The notes: generated by a model from the letters alone, not told the origin. Counted from the first letter of the stretch, positions 27,595-39,917 are shown. The stretch is 64,000 bases of DNA from Solirubrobacterales bacterium (GCA_036280745.1 DASUQC010000026.1:209-64208); one strand, 5' to 3'. Made by a program: numbers and translations.

Positions 27595-27595
<1 letters not shown>
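27242..27595 (+). CDS. hspR: MerR-family heat-shock repressor HspR
   Basis: 117 aa with a MerR HTH ([29 protein letters not shown]) and a coiled-coil tail. It occupies the usual position after dnaJ. Confidence 0.85.
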
Positions 27596-30180
<2,585 letters not shown>

Positions 30181-30245
30181 CTTTCACTTAGCGGGGTTTA
30201 AGGGTTGGGAGCGAGAATCCGACATAAGCTCCTACGGAAGCAGCG

Positions 30246-31133
30246 ATGTTTGGAAGGCGACCCGGCAAAACCGTTGAGGACGAGGCGAGCGCGTACTCGC
30301 GTCGTTCCGCTGCGACCGACTCCCTCTGGCTAGCCCAGGACCGCGCCAGGAGCGGGATCGGAGGCTTCTTCGGGCGGGTCGGGTTCGGCCTCCAGGAGCG
30401 CCTGATCTGGCCCCTGCAGGACCGCTCCGCGGCGATGGGCGCGCCGGCCCGGGTGCTCTCGGGCACCGCGGCCGTGGTGCTCGCCGCCGGCGCCCTTGCC
30501 GCCGGCCTCCTGGCCGCCGGCACGGGCGAGCCGAGTAAGCCGGCGCCGGCCCAGGTCGCCGTCAACGCTTCAGCGCCGACCGTCGCCAAGACGGCGCCGC
30601 CGCAGCAGGCCGAGCCGACGCTGCAGGGGGCCGCTCCCGTCTTCGAGCCCTCGCAGGCCGCCCCGCCCTCCGAGGTCGACCCGGCCAAAGCGATCGTCAA
30701 AGCGGAGCCGGCCGCGAGCGCCGAGGAGGAGGACGGGGCACAGACGTCCTCCACCACCGCCGGCACCTCCTCCGCGAAAGCCCCCGAGGTCGACGGGCCC
30801 CCGGCCGGGCGGGAGGCGATCGCCGTCGCCCGCGAGTTCGCCGACGCCTTCGTCCTCTACGAGACCGGCGAGACCGACTCGCAGGTGCGCACCGCACTGG
30901 CGGCGACCGCGACCCCGGCGCTGTCGCGGGCGCTGCTCGAACGGCCGCCGCGCCTCCCCGCCAACGTCGAGGTACCGCAGGCGAAAGTCGTCAACGTCGT
31001 CCCCGCCCCCTCGCACGGCGACGTCTACCCGCTCAGCGTCTCGCTGCTGCGGGTCGGCGTGACCAGCGAGCTGCGGATCGACATGGAACAGCGGAAAGGC
31101 GAGGGTTGGCGCGTCACCAACGTGCTCGGCTGA
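30246..31133 (+). CDS. Hypothetical membrane-anchored Pro/Ala-rich protein
   Basis: 295 aa with one TM segment (SGTAAVVLAAGALAAGLLAAG), a P/A-rich linker and a C-terminal globular region. Confidence 0.55.
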   Translation: MFGRRPGKTVEDEASAYSRRSAATDSLWLAQDRARSGIGGFFGRVGFGLQERLIWPLQDRSAAMGAPARVLSGTAAVVLAAGALAAGLLAAGTGEPSKPAPAQVAVNASAPTVAKTAPPQQAEPTLQGAAPVFEPSQAAPPSEVDPAKAIVKAEPAASAEEEDGAQTSSTTAGTSSAKAPEVDGPPAGREAIAVAREFADAFVLYETGETDSQVRTALAATATPALSRALLERPPRLPANVEVPQAKVVNVVPAPSHGDVYPLSVSLLRVGVTSELRIDMEQRKGEGWRVTNVLG

Positions 31134-31135
31134 CC

Positions 31136-32782
31136 ATGGCTCGCATCCACAAGATCCGCGCGGTCGCCGCGACCGCAGCCGCCACCGTCGCCTTCGCGGC
31201 GCCGTTCTCGGCCCGCTCGGGAGCGGCCGAGCCGGTCACCGCGGCGCCGCTCGAAGAGTCGGCGGCGGCGTTCGCGCCGGCCCCGGTCGAGCAGGGGACG
31301 ACCCTCGCCCCGCCCGCCCCCGAGCCCGCCGCGCCCCCGCCCAGCGGCGGCGTCAGTGCCGACGAAGAGCCGGCCGCCGACGGCGGCGAAGAGGCCGCGT
31401 CCGCCCCGGAAGGGAACGGCGGCACGCTGCCGGACCCGAGCGCGGCGCTGGCGATCCCCTCCCTTCCCAGCTCCAGCTGCGCCGCCACCGGCGTGCCGCC
31501 GGTCCTGATCCCGATGTACCGGGAGGCCGCGGCCGAGTACGAGCTGGGCCCGCAGGGCCCGGCGGTCCTGGCCGGGATCAACCTGATCGAGACCGCCTTC
31601 GGGACCAACCTCAACGTCTCCTCCGCCGGCGCCCAGGGCTGGATGCAGTTCATGCCGGAAACCTGGGCCGCCTACGGGGTCGACGCCAACGGCGACGGCG
31701 TCGCCGACCCATACAACCCCGAAGACGCGATCCACGCGGCCGCCAACTACCTCAGCGCCTCCGGCATGCCGGCGGACACCTACGGGGCGATCTTCGCCTA
31801 CAACCACGCCGACTGGTACGTCGCCGACGTGCTCGCAAACGCCGGCTGCTACGCCGACGAAGTCGGCTCCCCGGCCTTCGACGCCGGCTTCGGCCCGCGG
31901 CTGCAGGTGCTCAAATGCACCCCGGCCCCCGCCTGGCGCCGGGAGATCCCGCACGAGTACCTGCGCGCCTTCGAGGACGCCGCCGCCCGCTACGAACTCG
32001 GCAAGCGCGGCGTCTGGGCGCTGGCGGCGATCGGGCGGCTCGAGTCCGACTTCGGGCGCGGCATGAGCGAGAAGCAGCTGCGCACGCTCGGCCCGCTCGG
32101 GCTCGACGCGCAAGAGTGGCGCGCCTACGCGGTCGACGGCGACGGCGACGGCAGGATCCGCCACGCCGACCCGGTCGACTCGGCGGCGACCCTGGCCCGC
32201 CTCTTCTGGTCGCGCGGCAGCCTCAGCGCCGGCATCTTCACCCACAACCAGGCCGAGTGGTACGTCCAGGAGGTCCTCCAACAGGCCGACGAAATCGAAG
32301 GCGAGTGCAAGACCCGCTACGTCGACTGGGCGCTGGCGCCGCTGGCGACCGGGCTCGAAACCGCCGGCCCGGCGGCGGTCCTGCAGCCGACCGGCCTCGC
32401 CAGCGCGCCGGAGAACGCGCCGGCCGCGGTCAAGGCGGCGATCGCCGCCGCCAACTCGATCGCCGACACCCCCTACGTCTGGGGCGGCGGCCACGGCTCC
32501 TGGTACTCCTACGGCTACGACTGCTCGGGCGCGGTCAGCTTCGCCCTCTACGGCGCCGGCCTGCTCAACACCCCCCTGGTCTCCGGCGCCCTCGCCGGCT
32601 ACGGCGAACCGGGCCCCGGCAGGTGGATCACGATCTACGCCAACGCCGGCCACACCTACATGACGATCGCCGGCCTCCGCTTCGACACGGCGGGAAATCC
32701 CGCCGGGGTCAGCGGGCCGCGCTGGCATACGGAGCCCCCCTACCCCGAGGGCTACGAAGTGCGGCACCCGGCCGGCTACTAG
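31136..32782 (+). CDS. Secreted multidomain cell-wall hydrolase: two lytic-transglycosylase-like domains plus a C-terminal NlpC/P60-like domain
   Basis: The signal is MARIHKIRAVAATAAATVAFAAP. The first SLT-like domain reads INLIETAFG...GAQGWMQFMPETW...AYNHADWYV. The second reads IGRLESDFG...THNQAEWYV. The NlpC/P60-like part reads PYVWGGGHG...YDCSGAVS...GHTYM. Confidence 0.75.
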   Translation: MARIHKIRAVAATAAATVAFAAPFSARSGAAEPVTAAPLEESAAAFAPAPVEQGTTLAPPAPEPAAPPPSGGVSADEEPAADGGEEAASAPEGNGGTLPDPSAALAIPSLPSSSCAATGVPPVLIPMYREAAAEYELGPQGPAVLAGINLIETAFGTNLNVSSAGAQGWMQFMPETWAAYGVDANGDGVADPYNPEDAIHAAANYLSASGMPADTYGAIFAYNHADWYVADVLANAGCYADEVGSPAFDAGFGPRLQVLKCTPAPAWRREIPHEYLRAFEDAAARYELGKRGVWALAAIGRLESDFGRGMSEKQLRTLGPLGLDAQEWRAYAVDGDGDGRIRHADPVDSAATLARLFWSRGSLSAGIFTHNQAEWYVQEVLQQADEIEGECKTRYVDWALAPLATGLETAGPAAVLQPTGLASAPENAPAAVKAAIAAANSIADTPYVWGGGHGSWYSYGYDCSGAVSFALYGAGLLNTPLVSGALAGYGEPGPGRWITIYANAGHTYMTIAGLRFDTAGNPAGVSGPRWHTEPPYPEGYEVRHPAGY

Positions 32783-32817
32783 GGAACTCCGAGGGGGAGG
32801 TGGGGATACCCCTCCCC

Positions 32818-33033
32818 GGAGACCGTTGCGCAGCTGGTCGCGCTCAGGCTGGAGCAAGAAGCGGCTGACCTATCCGTCAAGAGCTTGAGCTTCCGTCTCC
32901 TGGGCCGTAGCTGGTGCTTCCTGTCGCAGAGGAGCAGGTACCCCCTCTCACATGGGCTCAAGAGCAGACGGTTGCGCCTCCGGAGCGCGATCGGCTGCGC
33001 GACGGTCTCTGGGAGAGGGGGTACCTGCTCCTC
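32818..33033. repeat. GC-rich intergenic element with a 21-bp perfect inverted repeat and a crossing 16-bp (15/16) inverted repeat
   Basis: GAGGAGCAGGTACCCCCTCTC (32929-32949) pairs with GAGAGGGGGTACCTGCTCCTC (33013-33033). GAGACCGTTGCGCAGC (32819-32834) pairs with GCTGCGCGACGGTCTC (32994-33009) with one mismatch. The arms interleave in the order left1, left2, right1, right2. Confidence 0.6.
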
Positions 33034-33092
33034 CCTGCCTGAGACGCAGTAAGTTTGTTCGGAGTCGCCGATCGAGACTTGGAGGAGAGCCG

Positions 33093-33374
33093 ATGCCTAC
33101 TTACCTGATGCTCACGAACCTGACCGCCGAGGGAGTGCGGACTTTGAAGAACAACCCCGGCCGGGTCGCCGAGGTGAACCAGGAGGTCGAACAGATCGGG
33201 GCGAAGGTGGTCGCCCAGTACGCGACGCTCGGCCAGTACGACTTCGTCACGGTGATCGAGGCGCCCGACGAGAAGACGATGGCCAAGGTCTCGGTCGAGC
33301 TCGGCTCGCGCGGGACGATGACCAGCCAGACCCTGACCGCGATGCCGGCCGAGGACCTCGCCGGCTCGCTGTAG
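33093..33374 (+). CDS. GYD-domain protein
   Basis: 93 aa ([25 protein letters not shown]...[13 protein letters not shown]). A GGAGGAG Shine-Dalgarno sequence lies at 33081-33087. Confidence 0.8.
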   Translation: MPTYLMLTNLTAEGVRTLKNNPGRVAEVNQEVEQIGAKVVAQYATLGQYDFVTVIEAPDEKTMAKVSVELGSRGTMTSQTLTAMPAEDLAGSL

Positions 33375-33384
33375 CGCCGCCTCC

Positions 33385-34659
33385 TTGAAGGTCCTGGTCG
33401 TCGGCGGGGGCGGGCGCGAGCACGCGATCGTGCGGGCGCTGGCCCGCTCCGCCCACGCTCCCGAGCTGCTCTGCGCGCCCGGCAACGCCGGCATCGCCGC
33501 CGACGCCGAGTGCCTGCCCGACGTCGCGGCCGACGACGTCGAGGCGCTCGTCGCCGCGGCGACCGGACGGGGGGTCGACCTGGTCGCGATCGGCCCCGAG
33601 GCGGCCCTCGTCGCCGGCGCCGTCGACGCCCTGGCCGAGGCCGGCGTCCCGGCCTTCGGGCCGAGCGCCGCCGCGGCCGAGCTGGAGGGGTCGAAGGCCT
33701 TCGCCAAGGAGCTGATGAAGGAGGCCGGCGTGCCCACCGCCGGCCACGTGCTGCTGCACAGCCATACCGAAGCGGTCGAGCACCTCGCCGGGACCTCCTA
33801 CCCGACCGTGCTCAAGGCCGACGGGCTGGCGGCCGGCAAGGGCGTGATCCTCTGCCCGGACGAGGCGGAGGCGCGGAGCGCGCTCGACGTCTTCTTCACC
33901 GAGCGTCGCTTCGGCGAGACGACGGTGGTGCTGGAGGAGTTCCTCGAGGGCGAGGAGCTCTCGCTGCTGGCCCTCTGCGACGGCGAGAACGTCGTGCCCC
34001 TGGCACCCGCCCAGGACTACAAGCGGATCTTCGACGGCGACCGGGGGCCGAACACCGGCGGCATGGGCAGCTACTCGCCGGTGCCGGGCTTCGGGGCAGC
34101 CGAGGTGGAGGAGATCGTCGACAGCGTCCACCGGCCGATCGTCGCCGCGATGGCGCGGCGCGGAACTCCCTTCCACGGCGTGCTCTATGCCGGCCTGATG
34201 ATCGGGGCCGAGGGGCCGAAGGTGCTCGAGTTCAACGCCCGCTTCGGCGATCCCGAGACGCAGGCGGTGCTGCCGCGGCTGCGCTCCGACCTGCTCGACC
34301 TCTTCCGCGCCGCGCGCGAGCCGGGCGGACTCGCCGGCGCCTCCGCCGAGTTCGGCGAGGACTGGGCGGTGACCCTGGTGCTCGCCTCCGCCGGCTACCC
34401 CGAGTCCTCCTCGAAGGGCGACGTGGTCCACGGGCTCGCGGAGGCGGCGGAGCTGGCCGAGGTGACCCACGCCGGGACCGCCGAGCGCGACGGTGAGATC
34501 GTCACCGCCGGCGGCCGCGTGCTCAACGTCACCGGCCTCGGACCGAGCCCCGCCGCGGCCCGCGATCGCGCATACGATGCGGCGAGCCGGATCTCCTTCG
34601 ACGGAATGCAGATCCGCACCGACATCGCCGCCCGCGCGGTCGAGCGCGTGCCCGGCTAG
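33385..34659 (+). CDS. purD: Phosphoribosylamine--glycine ligase
   Basis: 424 aa with an ATP-grasp fold and [14 protein letters not shown] (TTG start). Confidence 0.95.
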   Translation: MKVLVVGGGGREHAIVRALARSAHAPELLCAPGNAGIAADAECLPDVAADDVEALVAAATGRGVDLVAIGPEAALVAGAVDALAEAGVPAFGPSAAAAELEGSKAFAKELMKEAGVPTAGHVLLHSHTEAVEHLAGTSYPTVLKADGLAAGKGVILCPDEAEARSALDVFFTERRFGETTVVLEEFLEGEELSLLALCDGENVVPLAPAQDYKRIFDGDRGPNTGGMGSYSPVPGFGAAEVEEIVDSVHRPIVAAMARRGTPFHGVLYAGLMIGAEGPKVLEFNARFGDPETQAVLPRLRSDLLDLFRAAREPGGLAGASAEFGEDWAVTLVLASAGYPESSSKGDVVHGLAEAAELAEVTHAGTAERDGEIVTAGGRVLNVTGLGPSPAAARDRAYDAASRISFDGMQIRTDIAARAVERVPG

Positions 34660-34685
34660 ATCCCCCGACCCAGGAAGGAAGACCA

Positions 34686-35195
34686 GTGAGCGAGATCTCA
34701 GAGGACCCCAGGCCGACCGGCTCGACCGGGTCCACCGGCTCCACCCAGCCCACGACGATGCCCGCGGTGGAGGAGGCCTTCGACGAAATCGAGGTCGACG
34801 AGCCGCTGGTCGGGATCATCATGGGCTCGAAGAACGACAAGCCGAAGATGCAGCCCGCCGGGGCGGCGCTGGAGGACGCGGGGATCCGCTACGAGGTGCG
34901 GGTGATGAGTGCCCACCGCGATCCGGAGCTGGTCCGCGAGTACTGCGTCAACGCGAAGATGCGGGGGCTGAAGGTGATCATCGCCGGGGCCGGGATGTCG
35001 GCGGCGCTGCCCGGGGTGGCCGCCGCCCACACTGAGCTGCCGGTGATCGGCGTGCCGATCCTCGGCAAGTCGCTCGGCGGCCTCGACGCCCTGCTCTCGG
35101 CGGTGCAGATGCCGCCCGGGATCCCGGTCGCCTGCGTCGCCATCGACGGGGCGAAGAACGCCGGCGTCCTCGCCGCCCGGATCATCAACTGCTGA
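34686..35195 (+). CDS. purE: N5-carboxyaminoimidazole ribonucleotide mutase
   Basis: It carries VGIIMGSKND and AGMSAALPGVAAA. The GTG at 34686 has GGAAGGAAG upstream. The N-terminal ~30 aa include a TGSTGSTGST repeat. An alternative start is the ATG at 34758. Confidence 0.9.
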   Translation: MSEISEDPRPTGSTGSTGSTQPTTMPAVEEAFDEIEVDEPLVGIIMGSKNDKPKMQPAGAALEDAGIRYEVRVMSAHRDPELVREYCVNAKMRGLKVIIAGAGMSAALPGVAAAHTELPVIGVPILGKSLGGLDALLSAVQMPPGIPVACVAIDGAKNAGVLAARIINC

Positions 35196-36478
35196 TGATC
35201 CCCCGCTACACCCGTCCCGAGATCGGGGCGGTCTGGACGCCGCAGCGCAAGATGGAGTGCTGGCTCGAGGTCGAGCTGGCGGCGACCGAGGCCTGGGCCG
35301 AGGAGGGAACGGTGCCGCGCGAGGCCGCCGAGCAGGCGCGGGCGCGGGCGGCCTTCACGGTCGAGGCGGTGGAAGAGCGCGAGCGCGTCACCGACCACGA
35401 CGTCGCCGCCTTCGTCGACGTCGTCGCCGCCTCCGTCGGCGAGCACGGTCGCTGGGTCCACTACGGCCTCACCTCCTCCGACGTGCTCGACACGGCGCTG
35501 GCCCTGCAGCTGCGCCAGGCCGGCGAGATCGTCGTCGCCGGCGCCCGCGCCTACCGCGACGCCCTCCTCGAGCGGGCGCTGGAGCACCGCGACACGCTCT
35601 GCGTCGGCCGCACCCACGGGGTCCACGCCGAGCCGACCACCTTCGGCCTGCGGCTGGCCGGCTTCGCCTTCGAGGCCGATCGCAACCTCGAGCGGCTCGA
35701 AGCGGCCTTCGCGCAGCTCGCCTGCGGCAAGCTCTCGGGCGCGGTCGGCACCTACGCCTCGATCCCGCCCGCGGTCGAGGCGCGGGTGATGGAGCGGCTG
35801 GGCCTACAGCGGGAGGACGTCGCCACCCAGGTGGTCCCCCGCGACCGCCACGCCGCCCTGCTCTCCGCGATCGCGCTCGCAGGCGCCGGCCTCGAGCGCT
35901 TCGCGACCGAGGTCCGCAACCTGCAGAAAACCGAGCTGCGCGAGGTCGAGGAGCCGTTCGGGGCCGGGCAGAAGGGCTCCTCGGCGATGCCCCACAAGCG
36001 CAACCCGATCCGCACCGAGCGGGTCACCGGGCTCGCCCGGGTGCTGCGCGGCTACGCCCAGGCCGGCCTCGAGAACGTGGCCCTCTGGCACGAGCGCGAC
36101 ATCTCCCACTCCGGCGCCGAGCGGGTGATCCTGCCCGACGCGACGATCCTGCTCGACTACATGCAGGACGTCGCGGGCAAGGTCGCGGGCGGGATGACGG
36201 TCCACGCCGAGCGGATGCGGGAGAACCTCGACCTCACCTACGGCGCCCTCTTCAGCCAGCGGGCCCTCACCGCCCTGGTCGATTCCGGGATGAGCCGCGA
36301 CGACGCCTACCGGGTGGTGCAGGAGAACGCGCAGCGCGCCTGGGACACGCGCACCGACTTCCGCGTCCTGCTCGCCGAGGCGGCGCCGCAGCTCGACCTC
36401 GACGCGGTCTTCGACTACGACGCCTACCTCACCCACCTGCCCGAGATCTTCGCGCGGGTCGAAGCGCTGAAAGCCTGA
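35195..36478 (+). CDS. purB: Adenylosuccinate lyase
   Basis: 427 aa with the fumarate-lyase signature GSSAMPHKRNP. Confidence 0.95.
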   Translation: MIPRYTRPEIGAVWTPQRKMECWLEVELAATEAWAEEGTVPREAAEQARARAAFTVEAVEERERVTDHDVAAFVDVVAASVGEHGRWVHYGLTSSDVLDTALALQLRQAGEIVVAGARAYRDALLERALEHRDTLCVGRTHGVHAEPTTFGLRLAGFAFEADRNLERLEAAFAQLACGKLSGAVGTYASIPPAVEARVMERLGLQREDVATQVVPRDRHAALLSAIALAGAGLERFATEVRNLQKTELREVEEPFGAGQKGSSAMPHKRNPIRTERVTGLARVLRGYAQAGLENVALWHERDISHSGAERVILPDATILLDYMQDVAGKVAGGMTVHAERMRENLDLTYGALFSQRALTALVDSGMSRDDAYRVVQENAQRAWDTRTDFRVLLAEAAPQLDLDAVFDYDAYLTHLPEIFARVEALKA

Positions 36479-36481
36479 GCG

Positions 36482-37897
36482 ATGCCCGAGCCAGTCGAGG
36501 CCGACGTCGCGGTTGTGGGCGCCGGTCTCGCCGGGCTCGTGGCGGCGCGGCGAATCGCGGCGGCGGGAGCGCGGCCGCTGGTCGTCGAGGCGCGCGACCG
36601 GGTCGGCGGGCGGCTGCTCAACGAGGAGATCGGCGACGGCAAGGTAGTCGAGGTCGGCGGCCAGTGGATCGGGCCGACGCAGGAGCGGATCGCGGCGCTC
36701 GCCGCCGAGCTCGGGGTCGGCACCTTCCCCACCCACGACGAGGGACGGCACCTGATCGAGATGGAGGGCCGGCTCGCCTCCTACGAGGGCCGGATCACCG
36801 ACGCCCGCCTCAGCCTCGTCCGCGACCTCGCGCGGGCGGTCCCGCCGGCGGCGATGGCCGACCTCGAACAGGCGCGGGCGCGCCTGGACAGGATGGCGCG
36901 GCAGGTGCCGCTGGAGGAACCCTGGATGGCGCCGCACGCGGCCAAGTGGGACGGCCAGACCTTCGCCACCTGGGTGCGGCGCAACACCCGCACGGCGGCG
37001 GCGCGCAGCCTCTTCGAGCTCGCGACCGAGGCGGTCTGGGCGGCCGAGCCCGCCGACGTCTCCCTCCTGCACGTCCTCTTCTACACGCGCTCGGGCAGCG
37101 GCTTCAACAGCCTGGTCGGGACCGGGGGCGGCGCCCAGCAGGACCGCTTCCACGGCGGCTCGCAGCGGCTGGCGCTGCGGATGGCCGCGGAGCTCGGGGC
37201 CGAGCGGCTGCGGCTCGGCGCCCCGGTGCGGCGGATCGAGCACGGGGAGGGCGGCGTCGTCCTCAGCGCCGATGGTCCCGACGGCGCCCTCGGCGGGCTC
37301 ACCGTGAGGGCGCGGCGCGCGATCGTCGCGGTCCCGCCGACCCTGGCCGGGCGGATCGCCTACGACCCGCCCCTGCCGGCCCGGCGCGACCAGCTGACCC
37401 AGCGGATGCCGCAGGGGACGGTGATCAAGACGATGGCGATCTACGAGCGGCCGTTCTGGCGCGAGGAGGGGCTGTCCGGGCAGGCGACCAGCGACGCGGG
37501 GCCGGCCCGCGTCGTCTTCGACAACTCGCCGCCCGAGGGCAGCCCGGGCGTCCTGCTCGGCTTCCTCGAGGGCCGGCTCGCCCGTCAGTGGGGAGCGCGT
37601 TCCGCGGGCGCGCGGCGCGAGGCCGTGCTCGCCGGCCATGCCCGCCTCTTCGGCGAGCGGGCGGCGCGGCCGCAGCGCTTCGTCGAGCGGGTCTGGGCCG
37701 AGGAGGAGTGGACCCGCGGTTGCTACGGCTGCCTGATGACGACGGGCGGCTGGACCGAGTACGGCCGCGCCCTGCGCGCCCCGATCGGGCCGCTGCACTG
37801 GGCCGGCGCCGAGACCGCGACCGTCTGGAACGGCTACATGGACGGCGCCGTGCGGTCGGGGGAACGGGCGGCCGAGGAAGTCCTGGCCAAGGTCTGA
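36482..37897 (+). CDS. Flavin-containing amine oxidase (MAO-like)
   Basis: It has an FAD dinucleotide motif (VAVVGAGLAGLVAARR...VVEARDRVGGR). At 471 aa it has a typical length. Confidence 0.85.
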   Translation: MPEPVEADVAVVGAGLAGLVAARRIAAAGARPLVVEARDRVGGRLLNEEIGDGKVVEVGGQWIGPTQERIAALAAELGVGTFPTHDEGRHLIEMEGRLASYEGRITDARLSLVRDLARAVPPAAMADLEQARARLDRMARQVPLEEPWMAPHAAKWDGQTFATWVRRNTRTAAARSLFELATEAVWAAEPADVSLLHVLFYTRSGSGFNSLVGTGGGAQQDRFHGGSQRLALRMAAELGAERLRLGAPVRRIEHGEGGVVLSADGPDGALGGLTVRARRAIVAVPPTLAGRIAYDPPLPARRDQLTQRMPQGTVIKTMAIYERPFWREEGLSGQATSDAGPARVVFDNSPPEGSPGVLLGFLEGRLARQWGARSAGARREAVLAGHARLFGERAARPQRFVERVWAEEEWTRGCYGCLMTTGGWTEYGRALRAPIGPLHWAGAETATVWNGYMDGAVRSGERAAEEVLAKV

Positions 37898-37919
37898 GGC
37901 GAGCGGGTAGGCTGGCGGC

Positions 37920-38222
37920 GTGATCCTCTACACCTGTGGACAGAAGAAGATGGGGCCCGGGTTCGCGCATCCCTGCGCGAAAGCCGGCAAGGCGCTCGAC
38001 GCGGCCGGCTACGACTACGAGCTGAAGACGGTCGGCGGCTACCGGCTGATGCCCTGGACCTGGGGCAGCCGCAACGACGACCGGGCCGAGATCAAGAAGC
38101 TGAGCGGCACCAACGAGGTGCCGATCCTCGTCCTCGACGACGGCGAGGTGATCTCCGGCTCCGGCGCGATCGCCCGCTGGGCCGCGGAGCACCCCTACTC
38201 GCCGGCCAAGTCCGCCGGCTGA
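37920..38222 (+). CDS. Small thioredoxin-fold protein (GST N-terminal / glutaredoxin-like)
   Basis: 100 aa with HPCAKAGKALDAAG and VPILVLDDGEVISGSGAI. It is a paralogue of 5423-5698. Confidence 0.68.
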   Translation: MILYTCGQKKMGPGFAHPCAKAGKALDAAGYDYELKTVGGYRLMPWTWGSRNDDRAEIKKLSGTNEVPILVLDDGEVISGSGAIARWAAEHPYSPAKSAG

Positions 38223-38229
38223 GTGCTCT

Positions 38230-38547
38230 TCAGCCGAGGATGCCGTTCGCGAGCACGGCGCCCGCGAGGCTCACTGCGAAGAAGGCGATCGCGTAGCTGA
38301 GCCGGTCGAGGCGGTCGTTGACGCGGGCCAGTTCCCGGTCGACGTGATCGAAACGGCGATTCGTCTCCTCCTTGGAGGCGAACTGCGCTTCCGCCCGCTC
38401 GAAGCGCCTGTCGATTCGAGCTTCCAGTTGCTCGAACCTCTCGTCGACCCGGGCGAACTGCTGGTCGACCCGGGCGAACCCCTCGCCCACCCGCTCGTTC
38501 AGGTCGTCGAGCCTGTCGTCGCTCCAGCTCTGCCTCATCGCCTCCAT
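38230..38547 (-). CDS. Tail-anchored coiled-coil membrane protein, paralogue of 13429-13752
   Basis: The start is taken at the ATG at 38545-38547 (MEAMRQSW...). Heptads read ARVDQQFARVDERFEQLEARIDRRFERAEAQF. There is a C-terminal TM segment (AIAFFAVSLAGAVLANGILG). Confidence 0.65.
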   Translation of the reverse strand: MEAMRQSWSDDRLDDLNERVGEGFARVDQQFARVDERFEQLEARIDRRFERAEAQFASKEETNRRFDHVDRELARVNDRLDRLSYAIAFFAVSLAGAVLANGILG

Positions 38548-38621
38548 GATGGCGAAGACGCTAAGACAACACGTTGCGCACGTGGCGCGCGGAAAGTAAA
38601 TTCCCCGCACCGGTTTTCGCG

Positions 38622-39917
38622 CTAAACCGTGACGGGCTCGCGCTTCTGGGCGGGGCGGACCGCGGTGACGACGACCGGCGTCCCGTCCTTGGGCGAGAGG
38701 GTGATGTTGCGGCGGCCGGTCTTCTCCGGCAGCGGGCTGGCCTTGTGCAGGTCGCAGCGGGTCAGCACCTCGCGCAGGACGATCCGCATCTCGAACTCGG
38801 CGAAGGCGGCGCCGATGCAGCGGCGGATGCCGCCACCGAAGGGGATCCAGCCGTAGGTGTCCGGCCCGTCCTCGAGGAAGCGCTCGGGTCGGAAGGCGAA
38901 GGGCTCGGGATAGAGGTCGGCGCGGGTGTGGGTGAGCCAGATCGCCGGGGTCACGTCGGTCCCCGCCGGCAGCGTCAGCCCGTCGGCGACGAGCTCGGTG
39001 GCGAGGCGGCGCCCGGCCAGCGGCAGCACCGGCCGCAGGCGCAGCGACTCGGTGATCGTCGCCCGCAGGTAGTCCTCCTCCCCCGCCGCCAGGGAGTCGC
39101 GCAGGCGCTGCAGCGGCTCGCGGTGGCGCAGCAGCAGGTCGAAGGTCCAGGCCAGCGCCGTCGCCGTCGTCTCGTGGCCGGCGAGCAGCAGGGTCATCAG
39201 CTGGTCGCGCAGCTCCTGGTCGCTCATCGTGCCGCCGTCCTCGAACTCGGCCAGCATCAGCATCGAGAGGATGTCCTCGCGCTCCTCCAGCCCGCCGCGG
39301 GCGCGGTGCTCGGCGATCTCCGCGAAGAGCAGCTCGTCGACTTCCCTCAGTTTGCCCTCGAACCGCGCCCAGGGGCCGCCGCTGCCGAAGCGGCGGGTGG
39401 CGAGCCCGATCAGCTGCTGCGCGGGGGCGGCGGTCTCCTCCAGCACCTGCCCCAGCATCGCCCGCAGGCGGTCGAGGCGCGGCCCTTCGGAGACGCCGAA
39501 GACGACGCGCAGGATCGCCTCCAGGGTGATCGCCTGCATCCGGGAGTGGATCGGGAACTCGCGGTCGAGCGGCCAGGAGTCGACCTCGGCGGTGACGATC
39601 TCCTCGACCACCGCTTCGTAGGAGCGCATGCGCTCGCCGTGGAAGGGCGGCAGCATCAGCCGGCGGCGGCTGAGGTGCTCGGCGCCTTCCTGGATCAGCA
39701 GCGAGCTGGAGCCGAGGATCGGCTCGAGGATGATGTTGCGGCCCGGCGGCAGCCCGTGGCTGCGCTCCATGTAGAGGGCCTTGATCGCGGCCGGGTCGGA
39801 GATCAGCACCATCGGCCGCTCGAAGCCGACGAAGCGGACGCTGAACGAGTCCCCGTAGCGTTCGCGGCAGTCCTGCATGAAGGGCAGCGGCCGGAAGGCC
39901 CAGCGCAGGGTCTGCAC
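38622..39917 (-). CDS. Cytochrome P450
   Basis: 431 aa with the haem-thiolate loop FGGGIRRCIGAAFA, an ExxR (ESLR) and the I-helix AGHETTA. It uses a GTG start. Confidence 0.9.
   Translation of the reverse strand: MQTLRWAFRPLPFMQDCRERYGDSFSVRFVGFERPMVLISDPAAIKALYMERSHGLPPGRNIILEPILGSSSLLIQEGAEHLSRRRLMLPPFHGERMRSYEAVVEEIVTAEVDSWPLDREFPIHSRMQAITLEAILRVVFGVSEGPRLDRLRAMLGQVLEETAAPAQQLIGLATRRFGSGGPWARFEGKLREVDELLFAEIAEHRARGGLEEREDILSMLMLAEFEDGGTMSDQELRDQLMTLLLAGHETTATALAWTFDLLLRHREPLQRLRDSLAAGEEDYLRATITESLRLRPVLPLAGRRLATELVADGLTLPAGTDVTPAIWLTHTRADLYPEPFAFRPERFLEDGPDTYGWIPFGGGIRRCIGAAFAEFEMRIVLREVLTRCDLHKASPLPEKTGRRNITLSPKDGTPVVVTAVRPAQKREPVTV

Noticed and set aside
32783-33092. A ZTP (pfl) or purine riboswitch upstream of GYD/purD. 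The same question was asked of 56418-56533 upstream of purN.
   Set aside because: The conserved ZTP elements (for example the CCGCCUGGGC-type 3' segment and GGGUCG 5' core) and the purine-riboswitch loop motifs are not present. Only the inverted repeats are reported.
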